DNA from: Veterinaerplatzvirus T145P1
DNA length: 45,312 bases
Direction: 5' to 3' (one strand)
Sequence record: OZ035786.1
Position numbers and translations under genes: made by a program. Every line of letters starts with the position of its first letter. Position 1 is the stretch's first letter. The notes under the pieces were generated by a model. That model did not search any database. It saw only the letters and a program-made list of their open reading frames with translations, and was not told the DNA's origin. Of this stretch, positions 20,550 to 28,333 are shown one piece after another.

Positions 20550-20594
20550 ATAATACAACCGTCAGTGCGGAATGTCTTTAGCTATTCGTGCTAT
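20550..20594 (-). promoter_or_regulatory. phage promoter family copy (minus strand)
   Basis: Reverse complement reads atagcacgaatagctaaag, 22 bp, tattat, then catcaaaacgaaac leader before the lipoprotein gene. Confidence 0.5.
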
Positions 20595-20690
20595 TGCATA
20601 CACGTAACCGATGTAACTCGATGTATACAATCTCATCCGCGGAAAATGATATACGCACTGTTACGCAAATTTACGCATTGGTTACATTAA

Positions 20691-20752
20691 AATATCTATA
20701 TATATCAACCTTTTACTCTTATTATTATTATATATATATTACTGTGTATATC
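20691..20752. repeat. AT-rich repeat block copy 1 (second copy near 39755)
   Basis: aatatctatatatatcaaccttttact-(TTA)n-tatatat-tactgtgtata; within a divergent intergenic region. Confidence 0.6.
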
Positions 20753-20851
20753 ATGTAACTACTTCTATAGAGTGTTCCGGTTATAATTTTAATATCATGT
20801 GGATTTATACAGTATTGCGCTGCAGCTATACCAATGCACCCTCAGCAATAA

Positions 20852-21250
20852 ATGATATACACGATATACACGATGGTTACATTGAGCTATAGCTGGGCCG
20901 AGATGCCAAAAAACGTAACTAGTGCCAATGCCTACACGGAATTACAAGGATTCACGCGTAAACTTAAATCAACGATTGGCAAAACCAATTGGACTGGTTA
21001 CGGTGCCGAATATATAGTTAACTCATCGAAAGCAAACAACCAGAGAGATACAGAAATGACCTACTACATTATCAAAGAGAAAAACAACGCACTGTTCGGT
21101 GATTGCTACTTTGGCGGCCCTGCTGGATATACCACAGATAAGAAAGAGGCTGACAGATTCGAGACTAAAGAAGAAGCCCGAGATGTGCTGACTGGTTACT
21201 TCACTGAAGAAGATTTGAAGTCTGTTAAAGTGGTTAAGGTTAAGGAATAA
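20852..21250 (+). CDS. hypothetical protein
   Basis: 132-aa ORF; first ATG lacks a clear SD and sits inside gatatacac repeats; in-frame ATGs at 20873 and 20903. Confidence 0.4.
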   Translation: MIYTIYTMVTLSYSWAEMPKNVTSANAYTELQGFTRKLKSTIGKTNWTGYGAEYIVNSSKANNQRDTEMTYYIIKEKNNALFGDCYFGGPAGYTTDKKEADRFETKEEARDVLTGYFTEEDLKSVKVVKVKE

Positions 21251-21253
21251 AAT

Positions 21254-21451
21254 ATGAAGGCTTTTATAGACATAAATAAGTCACCATACAACGACGAGAA
21301 AGATCCTGAGGTAAGATTAAGGGTAAAATTTAGCACAGGAAGGGAGATAAATATAACAACTACATGTTCTGATTTAGCGAAAGCACTTATGGGTTGTAGT
21401 GAAGTTCCTGTTACTGTTTCAACGAGAAATGTTGAGGTGAAAATAAAATGA
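21254..21451 (+). CDS. hypothetical protein
   Basis: 65-aa ORF with SD aaggaa, coupled to the downstream exonuclease gene. Confidence 0.5.
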   Translation: MKAFIDINKSPYNDEKDPEVRLRVKFSTGREINITTTCSDLAKALMGCSEVPVTVSTRNVEVKIK

Positions 21452-22413
21452 CTTTCAGGGTTTACACACGAGAGGAGCTAAGCAACGAGGATTACCACTC
21501 AGAGCAAGATCATATCTCCGGCAGCTCACTTGTCGAGATTATCCAAGGATCACCAGCTAAGTGGAAGTTCAAGCAACGCAATAGAGATAGCAAGGCGCTT
21601 AAGTTTGGTACCTTATCTCACTGCATGATTCTCGAACAAGATGTATTCGACAAGGAGTATTTGCGAGCAGTAGACCTTGACGCGATTGAAGGCTTAATTA
21701 CAAGCCGGGCAGGATTAGCAGCAGCACTTAAAAAAGTCGGTGTGGCTGGAACATCAGGGAAGGGCTATAGCGAGCTTGTAGAGATGATGTATCGTTCTGG
21801 CGAGGACTGGCCCATTAAGTGGCTAATTGATCAGCTGGAAAGCGCTCAAGCGCTTGTGGAGGGTAAGGAGCTAGTTAGCGCAGCAGACTATGACAAAGTT
21901 GTGGCTATGCGTGAGGTTCTTTGCAATATTCCGGCATACAATGCAATCGTGAATAGTGAGACGGCGCAGAAAGAGTTATCAATCTTCGGTGAGATTCTCG
22001 GCGTCGGCGTTAAGATTCGAATTGACCATGTTGATGTTGTTGATGGCGTCGTTCGGATCACGGATTATAAAACGACAGCCGACGCAAGCCCTGAAGGATT
22101 TGGTAAGTCTGCATTTAATCACGGATACCTTGCAAAAATGGCGCTTCAGCGCGATCTGTTTGTGAAAGCATTTAACGAGAAGCGCAAGGTTGTTGTAGGA
22201 TTGCTGGCGCAGGAGAAGGTGGAGCCATACCTACCAATGCTGTACACACTAACCGACGAACAGCTGCGAATTGGTCGCCTTCAGTATCTTGAGGCACTTG
22301 CAACTTACAAGAAGTGCAAGGAGCTTGATATTTGGCCTGGATATTCTAACGGCATTACAGAGCAAGAGCTATTGGTTCCTGATTGGGCCATTAAACAATA
22401 TAGAGAGATATAA
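21448..22413 (+). CDS. PD-(D/E)XK family exonuclease (recombination exonuclease)
   Basis: Motif IDHVDVVDGVVRITDYKT resembles the D...(D/E)xK nuclease core; sits with erf and ssb. Confidence 0.55.
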   Translation: MTFRVYTREELSNEDYHSEQDHISGSSLVEIIQGSPAKWKFKQRNRDSKALKFGTLSHCMILEQDVFDKEYLRAVDLDAIEGLITSRAGLAAALKKVGVAGTSGKGYSELVEMMYRSGEDWPIKWLIDQLESAQALVEGKELVSAADYDKVVAMREVLCNIPAYNAIVNSETAQKELSIFGEILGVGVKIRIDHVDVVDGVVRITDYKTTADASPEGFGKSAFNHGYLAKMALQRDLFVKAFNEKRKVVVGLLAQEKVEPYLPMLYTLTDEQLRIGRLQYLEALATYKKCKELDIWPGYSNGITEQELLVPDWAIKQYREI

Positions 22414-22414
22414 A

Positions 22415-22879
22415 ATGAACAAAGATTGCTGGCAGACTCCTTTAGACTTATTCAAACCGATAGATGATAAATACAAATTCAAGGTTGACGTGTGCGCAAG
22501 CCAAGAAAACGCGCTTTGTAAATATTACTGGACTGTAGATGATGACTGCTTGCAACAGGATTGGGGAGATGATGGTGGTTTCGTTTGGTGCAATCCACCA
22601 TATAGCAATCCATTACCATTTGTTGAAAAGTGCCAGCAATACGGCTATGCGGTCATGCTATTGAATCAGGATACGTCAACAAAATGGGCTAAGATAGTCT
22701 TTGAAAAAGCATCAAAGGTTATACTTTTATCAGACAGGGTTAGGTTTATAAATCCAGTAACAATGGAGGTTGGTAAGTCAAATCCTAAATGCCAGATGAT
22801 TGTAGTTTTCGACAGGCGTAGCAATTCTGGAGTTGATATACGTTGGTGTTCAATAAAAGAAATTCATAAGCAAATTTAA
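22415..22879 (+). CDS. dam: DNA N6-adenine methyltransferase (phage Dam-like)
   Basis: In-frame ATG at residue 49 of track ORF, right after upstream stop. NPPY catalytic motif (WCNPPYSN) and N-terminal CWQTP. Confidence 0.75.
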   Translation: MNKDCWQTPLDLFKPIDDKYKFKVDVCASQENALCKYYWTVDDDCLQQDWGDDGGFVWCNPPYSNPLPFVEKCQQYGYAVMLLNQDTSTKWAKIVFEKASKVILLSDRVRFINPVTMEVGKSNPKCQMIVVFDRRSNSGVDIRWCSIKEIHKQI

Positions 22880-22924
22880 ATAGCATGAATTGCTAAAGAC
22901 AAAACTAAAGGGTGTGGGTATGAT
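22880..22924 (+). promoter_or_regulatory. phage promoter family copy
   Basis: atagcatgaattgctaaag abutting dam stop, tatgat about 23 bp downstream. Confidence 0.55.
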
Positions 22925-22953
22925 TACCCAATCAACAACGAACGAGGTTAAAG

Positions 22954-23604
22954 ATGAAAATTTCAGAATCATGCAAGTCAATTTTAAACGCTCTACACAC
23001 CGCCAAATCGCTATTTGCGAAGGCTGAAAAATCAAAACAGAACTCACACCTCAAGAACAGATACAGCACCCTTGATGATGTTCTTGCCGCTGTAGAACCA
23101 GGCCTTGAAGAATGTGGTCTTGTAATGTTTCAGAGCGTAATTGATAGCGAAGCTACTGGACTGCTGAAGGTTGAAACGAAGTTGTTCCATGCAGAGTCAG
23201 GCGAGTGGGTTAGCTTCTTAATGATTGTCCCTATCAGCAAGAATGATGCTCAAGGTTACGGATCTGCGCTTACATATGCTCGACGCTACGGAATTACAGC
23301 AGCTTTAGGTCTTAGTCAGGCAGATGACGATGGTAATCTCGCAGCTAAAGGCGTTAAAGACTTTAAACGTGAGCTTGAGAAGTGTAATAGTCTTGATGAG
23401 CTACGTAACGTATGGAAAGAGGCTAAGCAATCACTAGACGCTGCGGGATGGAAGGTTTTTGAACCTCACATTATCGAGCGCAAGGCAGAGATTGAAGCAA
23501 ATGCAGCAACTGGCTTTAACCCTGCAACACCAAAGAAAGTTGCAGAAAAAAGTAGTACTGAAGAAAAGACTGAAGTAGAATCACAACAAATCGACACATT
23601 CTAA
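22954..23604 (+). CDS. erf: Erf-like single-strand annealing protein
   Basis: GSALTYARRYG motif characteristic of Erf-family recombinases; SD gaggt. Confidence 0.65.
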   Translation: MKISESCKSILNALHTAKSLFAKAEKSKQNSHLKNRYSTLDDVLAAVEPGLEECGLVMFQSVIDSEATGLLKVETKLFHAESGEWVSFLMIVPISKNDAQGYGSALTYARRYGITAALGLSQADDDGNLAAKGVKDFKRELEKCNSLDELRNVWKEAKQSLDAAGWKVFEPHIIERKAEIEANAATGFNPATPKKVAEKSSTEEKTEVESQQIDTF

Positions 23605-23645
23605 ATTTAACGGGGCTGCGGCCCCAACCAATAGAGAGATAAAAC

Positions 23646-24071
23646 ATGCACGTAATTACTGGTCAGATTCGACGCGCTCCATTCACTAAAGAAGGTCATA
23701 ATGCTAATGGTACCTGGAAAATGTTTGCGGTTGATTTGAGTGAGCGATACAAAGATAAAGATGGTCAGACTCAGTATAGTAACTATCGCGCAGTCTTCTT
23801 CGCGAAAGAGTCAATGTTAGATTGGTATAATGAAGCTTTTCAAGAGGGTAAAGTTGTTAGCGTTAGCGCAGAGACTCTTTCTGTTGATGTTAGAGATAAA
23901 GATGGCAAGACTTACGTTACTGTCAACATGAACAATCCTAGACTTGAGTTTAGTCAGCGCGGTGAAGGTGGCGTGCAGCAGCAACCTAGACAACAGCAAC
24001 AAGCACAACAGCAACAACAGAATCAACAGCCAAAACAGCAAAAGCAATTCGAAGATGATATTCCTTTCTAA
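23646..24071 (+). CDS. ssb: single-stranded DNA-binding protein
   Basis: OB-fold-like N-terminal region, Gln/Pro-rich linker and acidic C-terminal tail ending DDIPF. Confidence 0.8.
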   Translation: MHVITGQIRRAPFTKEGHNANGTWKMFAVDLSERYKDKDGQTQYSNYRAVFFAKESMLDWYNEAFQEGKVVSVSAETLSVDVRDKDGKTYVTVNMNNPRLEFSQRGEGGVQQQPRQQQQAQQQQQNQQPKQQKQFEDDIPF

Positions 24072-24074
24072 AGA

Positions 24075-24100
24075 TAAGGCCCCTTTTGGGGCCTTTTTTA
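24075..24100. terminator. bidirectional rho-independent terminator
   Basis: ggcccc-tttt-ggggcc hairpin between ssb (+) and tailspike (-) stops, T-run on both strands. Confidence 0.8.
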
Positions 24101-26683
24101 TTAACCTATTTTAGTGTAAGTCCATTGGTATGTTGCAGCTCCCTTGGCAGTTATCCCGACAGTTCTTCCACTTACATCCATTGAAGTGAAAGCGCCAGTT
24201 TTTGTAATTGTTATTGATGATGTGGAACCATCAAAAAGTACGTCAGCAATTACACTATAGTTAGGTCCAGCACCAGTAACCCAGGTCGAAACCTTGTATA
24301 AACCAGCGTTGTTTGGCAACTCAAAAAGACCAGTTGAAACATTCGCCTGAACAGCCATCGCGCCCTTTCCGGTGTACACACCGTCAGTTTTAAGACCTAA
24401 TGATGAATATGTTTGCTTATAGCCACCAATGATGGCACCACCCATAGGTTCAGTAAACCAGTTCACATTACCCTGACTAACAACAGATATCGCTGGAGAC
24501 CCCCCTTTAGCTGACTGAAACCTACCGCTTAAAATGTCAATTCTAGATGCTGAGTCCTGGGCGTAGATAGTTACAGGATACCCACCAGAACCAGTGTAAA
24601 CCAAGCCGTTATCATTAATGTCATCTTCAGACGAGTCAATGATTACATGGGAAGTTCCAGACGCCTTGATGAACGAAACAACACCGCTAGAACCAGCACC
24701 TGTTGTTCTAACTTCATTCTTCCATGATGTTAGGCCTGAAATTCTGCCATTTGAGTTATTAAACCTAATCAGGCAACAATCTTGCGATCCGTTGGTGTCA
24801 ATAATGTTACCTTCAACGTCCATCCCTAGTATGTTTACGCTATGGCTGTTGATGAAGTTAATCCCAGCACCACCGTAAGAACCAGATGTTGATGATATAT
24901 TACTGGCATCCATTGCGCAGTTAATCATTGTAACGCTCATTACCGAACCAAATTCATAAGGTGAAATGCAATCTGATGCGTAACAAGTCTCAAGCAATAT
25001 TGTCGTTCCTGTCGCCTTTATGAATCCAGTCCTGCAATTCCTGGCCCAAACATTCTGTAGCTTAGTCTGGTATGTTGCAGTGGTGTCCGTGTAGCAACCC
25101 CATGCTCCATGGACTGTGCAATCTTTGATACATGAATTTTCTAGCCCTGTTGCAGAACCAACATTAGAAACGAAGTTAAATGCTATCTTTTGATCATTCC
25201 CTGATGCTGAGGTAGGTGTAGTGCCTGGGTTATAAAAAATGTAAAGTCCCTCAATAAACACTTGATACATTCTTATGTTTTGCGCATCACCCTGAACCAG
25301 GGCGAATAGGTTTATGTTCCCATCAACTGAGATAAATGTTTGCGCCCTGTTAATTTGGTTTGTTCCCTCGCCAATAATTCTTGTACTGTTGCCAATCCTC
25401 ACCGTCCTGTTAATGAACATAAAACCTTTTGGTATGTATACAGTTTTACCGGTATTAACTGCCGCCTGAAGCGCAACTGCGTCAAGTGACTCGTTAAGGT
25501 TTGATGCAAATGGATAAACAAACCGCGCATCCTCAATTGTCGAGAATTTAGATGAAAGAGGAACTAAAGTACCATTGTTTGTAGCACCAAAATCCATGAC
25601 GTTAACAAAGTCACCAAGTTTACTATCCTTACTCCTTTCTACAAATGAGGCCAATGTAGATTTGTAATTCATCGAACTGAATTGTGATTGAGCCTCTGTC
25701 TTTGAATAAACATCTGATCTTGGGTAAACCTCTGATTTTGAATAAACATCAAGCAAACCCCTAGCTCTTTCAGCAGTAGCGCCGCCAACCGACTTCCCGC
25801 CTTCAACCATAATGTATTCGCGTAAGTAGAAGTTTCTTGATCCTTTAGCGCCCGTCATCCTGAGGTGAGTAGCCCTATATGATGAATCAGAATTCAATGC
25901 CGGATATATATCAATCTCATAAGAGCCTTGAGCTCCACTTGTGCCCCTAACACATATAAAAAGCGTAGCGTTGGCTGTAGTGTATGTCGCAGCTAGTGAT
26001 GCTGGAACGTTTGTCATGTTAGATACTACAACTCGATAATTACCACCACTTTTAAATTCAACTTGCTGCCAATCCAATGATGGCATAGCTATTGTCGATG
26101 TGCTTGCGATACCCTCATTGGCTAGAGTAACCAAAGTTGCAGCATCACCAGCGTTGGCAATGACATTAACTGTGTTGTTGTATGCCTCCTGCGCACTACT
26201 TGCGCTTGATTCAGCCTGAGCCTTGCTTGTAGCGGCAGCTTGCTGGCTGGCAGATGCAGCCGATTCGCTTGAAGCCGCATTTGTTTCGCTTGCCTTCGCC
26301 TCATCAACTAATCGTTGTAACTTATCGAAATCAAAATCACCAGATTCAGCCAACTCAACAAGTGACGCAACCTCAGTTTCACGTGACTGATAGTAACGAA
26401 GAGTTTCCGCAACATCCTGAGCTAGCCCCTGAACGGTAATTCCATCATGCGCAAGGATAGCGTAACCAGTTCCAGCAGGAACAGTTTCGGAGTTAGGGTT
26501 GTAAACATTAATCTGCGTATCGCTGATAATTTCTGAGATGGTGTAAATCTGTACTGGTTCAGTTTTAAATACAATGGTTGCACCTACGCGAATCAGTGTA
26601 AGAGGTGCTTTCCATGTTGTCCCGACGCCAGTCACCTCACCACTTGCTGCTAGAGAAGCTGTTCCTGAGTCATAAATTGCCAT
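24101..26683 (-). CDS. tailspike / lateral tail fibre with beta-helix (pectate-lyase-like) depolymerase domain
   Basis: Start moved to Met11 of track ORF (SD ggaga 9 nt upstream; track start is GTG). Ala/Ser/Gln-rich coiled-coil neck, then long Cys/Asn/Gly-rich repeat region typical of right-handed beta-helix tailspikes. Confidence 0.7.
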   Translation of the reverse strand: MAIYDSGTASLAASGEVTGVGTTWKAPLTLIRVGATIVFKTEPVQIYTISEIISDTQINVYNPNSETVPAGTGYAILAHDGITVQGLAQDVAETLRYYQSRETEVASLVELAESGDFDFDKLQRLVDEAKASETNAASSESAASASQQAAATSKAQAESSASSAQEAYNNTVNVIANAGDAATLVTLANEGIASTSTIAMPSLDWQQVEFKSGGNYRVVVSNMTNVPASLAATYTTANATLFICVRGTSGAQGSYEIDIYPALNSDSSYRATHLRMTGAKGSRNFYLREYIMVEGGKSVGGATAERARGLLDVYSKSEVYPRSDVYSKTEAQSQFSSMNYKSTLASFVERSKDSKLGDFVNVMDFGATNNGTLVPLSSKFSTIEDARFVYPFASNLNESLDAVALQAAVNTGKTVYIPKGFMFINRTVRIGNSTRIIGEGTNQINRAQTFISVDGNINLFALVQGDAQNIRMYQVFIEGLYIFYNPGTTPTSASGNDQKIAFNFVSNVGSATGLENSCIKDCTVHGAWGCYTDTTATYQTKLQNVWARNCRTGFIKATGTTILLETCYASDCISPYEFGSVMSVTMINCAMDASNISSTSGSYGGAGINFINSHSVNILGMDVEGNIIDTNGSQDCCLIRFNNSNGRISGLTSWKNEVRTTGAGSSGVVSFIKASGTSHVIIDSSEDDINDNGLVYTGSGGYPVTIYAQDSASRIDILSGRFQSAKGGSPAISVVSQGNVNWFTEPMGGAIIGGYKQTYSSLGLKTDGVYTGKGAMAVQANVSTGLFELPNNAGLYKVSTWVTGAGPNYSVIADVLFDGSTSSITITKTGAFTSMDVSGRTVGITAKGAATYQWTYTKIG

Positions 26684-26706
26684 TGTGTAGAGTCTCCATT
26701 TGTAAA

Positions 26707-26725
26707 ATAGCACGAATTGCTAAAG
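26707..26725. promoter_or_regulatory. orphan copy of the TAGCA-N5-TGCTA palindrome (no TATAGT box downstream)
   Basis: atagcacgaattgctaaag in + orientation between primase terminator and tailspike start, both on minus strand. Confidence 0.5.
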
Positions 26726-26747
26726 TGGATTGTAGCATCTTTGAGTC

Positions 26748-26770
26748 ATAAAAAAACCTCCCGAAGGAGG
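26748..26770 (-). terminator. rho-independent terminator (minus strand)
   Basis: cctcc-cgaa-ggagg hairpin with A8 run on + strand, i.e. U-run after the hairpin on the minus transcript. Confidence 0.7.
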
Positions 26771-27697
26771 TTAGTCTAGTAATTCGCTCGCCTTGTATAT
26801 TCGCTTTCTTATTCCTGATTTGAAGTGGTTATCATTATTTGGCATTACAACATCAAGATTGCGATCGTCAGCAACGGCGAGTAAATCAAAATCGCTGCGA
26901 GTACAAGCGATGCGTAACTTGTAGTTTCTAAGCGCGTAAGCAACCATTTCCATGTTGTAACTGGAGTGGCAAACAAGCACACAGCGGTTCCCAGTAGCAA
27001 TGTGAACGCGATAGCCATCAATGAAATTATCGACCAGATAAGCGTACTCATCATCCTTAAAGGAACCAATAACAGAAACAGACTGGCGAGAATAATCTTT
27101 TGCAGCATAACTAACATCTCCCTCCTCATTGATAAACATTACATTGCACATCTCTTCTGATATGCCGTCACTATAAGCCATAAAGCACGGAACTGCGTGG
27201 ATTAATTCACCTGATTTCGTCCTGCCAACATCAAAACCGAACTCGCTATAGATACCCTCGTATGTACTGAGAGGAGTTGATTCTACTCTTTCCGTCCTTT
27301 CCATTATCTCTAAGCATCTTTCGTGATCAATCTGAGCGCCCATTTTGTATGGTGATGTTCTTGAAGCTCTTTTGTTTGCTTTTGATATAACCTCTACTGG
27401 AACGAGATTCAGCCAATCACCAAGCGTATCTATTGTTTCACTATAACTCATTCCAGAACACTTCATTACCCAACCAACACCAGAATCATTTCCACACTGG
27501 TTGCATATTGCTGCGCCATTTCCCTTTTCTTGACCTAACTCATCAGTGAAGCGAAACCTATCCTTGCCAAAGCAGTAAGGGCACGGACCATGTTTCTTGC
27601 TGAGATTCTCCTTTGTCCATCCAAGATGCGATGAGTAGAACTCACTCCACATCCCTTTCATCTTGGCTATCACTTCGTTCTTATCATGGTGACTCAT
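26771..27697 (-). CDS. DNA primase (zinc-ribbon plus TOPRIM-like)
   Basis: Start moved to Met10 (SD ggaggt 4 nt upstream). CPYC...CNQC zinc-binding pair; acidic AVADDRNLD TOPRIM-like motif. Confidence 0.55.
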   Translation of the reverse strand: MSHHDKNEVIAKMKGMWSEFYSSHLGWTKENLSKKHGPCPYCFGKDRFRFTDELGQEKGNGAAICNQCGNDSGVGWVMKCSGMSYSETIDTLGDWLNLVPVEVISKANKRASRTSPYKMGAQIDHERCLEIMERTERVESTPLSTYEGIYSEFGFDVGRTKSGELIHAVPCFMAYSDGISEEMCNVMFINEEGDVSYAAKDYSRQSVSVIGSFKDDEYAYLVDNFIDGYRVHIATGNRCVLVCHSSYNMEMVAYALRNYKLRIACTRSDFDLLAVADDRNLDVVMPNNDNHFKSGIRKRIYKASELLD

Positions 27698-27752
27698 AAT
27701 TACCTCCATAAACAATAAAGGCACTATACATAATGCAAAGTGCCATTGTTTA

Positions 27753-28232
27753 TCAAATCGTGCTGTTTTGCTCTTTCTTCTTTTGGTTCTCTAATTTTAT
27801 CTTGCGCCATGAACGACACTCTGGCTTAGTGGCTAATTCAGCCTCAGTGACGACTCGCAGCATATGGCGCTTTTTGCACCGAAGTGTCAGCGGTTTCCCG
27901 TTGCCGTCGAATTGCAGGTCTGGTCGGCAGAATGTAGCGCGAAAACCTTCTCCATTTCGCTTATAGTAGTTGTGAGAAAGTTGAGCCCCACGCGCAGAAA
28001 TCATACCGCGCTTAAACCATTCTTCTACAGCCTGTGGTGTTACCTTTAACTGCTTTGCGATATTCGCCTTTGTGCCGAAGAAATCAAGAACTATCTCTAG
28101 CCGCGCGCGTAGCCCGGCTCTTACTTCATCTTTTAAAACATAGTAGCCTGAAGGTCGTTTACGTTGCTTTTTGTCTTCGGTGCGGATGGTTCCGTTATTG
28201 CCGTTAATTGTTCGCTTGTCGACTGTATTCAT
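27753..28232 (-). CDS. HTH DNA-binding protein (Cro/YdaS-like)
   Basis: Helix-turn-helix-like segment TKANIAKQLKVTPQAVEEWFKRG; basic termini; its SD overlaps a palindrome copy. Confidence 0.5.
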   Translation of the reverse strand: MNTVDKRTINGNNGTIRTEDKKQRKRPSGYYVLKDEVRAGLRARLEIVLDFFGTKANIAKQLKVTPQAVEEWFKRGMISARGAQLSHNYYKRNGEGFRATFCRPDLQFDGNGKPLTLRCKKRHMLRVVTEAELATKPECRSWRKIKLENQKKKEQNSTI

Positions 28233-28244
28233 TTCATTACCTCA

Positions 28245-28287
28245 ATAGCATTTTTTGTTAAAAGTCATCCTGATTTGATGGTATCAT
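28245..28287 (+). promoter_or_regulatory. phage promoter family variant upstream of helicase, overlapping the SD of the divergent HTH gene
   Basis: atagcattttttgttaaaa, then tatcat about 21 bp downstream. Confidence 0.45.
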
Positions 28288-28333
28288 TGTACTCAATTAA
28301 ACGCTACAAGACAATTTTTATAGGAATTTAGAT

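Noticed and set aside
20730-20760. LexA-box-like tactgtgtata in both AT-rich blocks
   Set aside because: The second half-site does not match CTGT-N8-ACAG.
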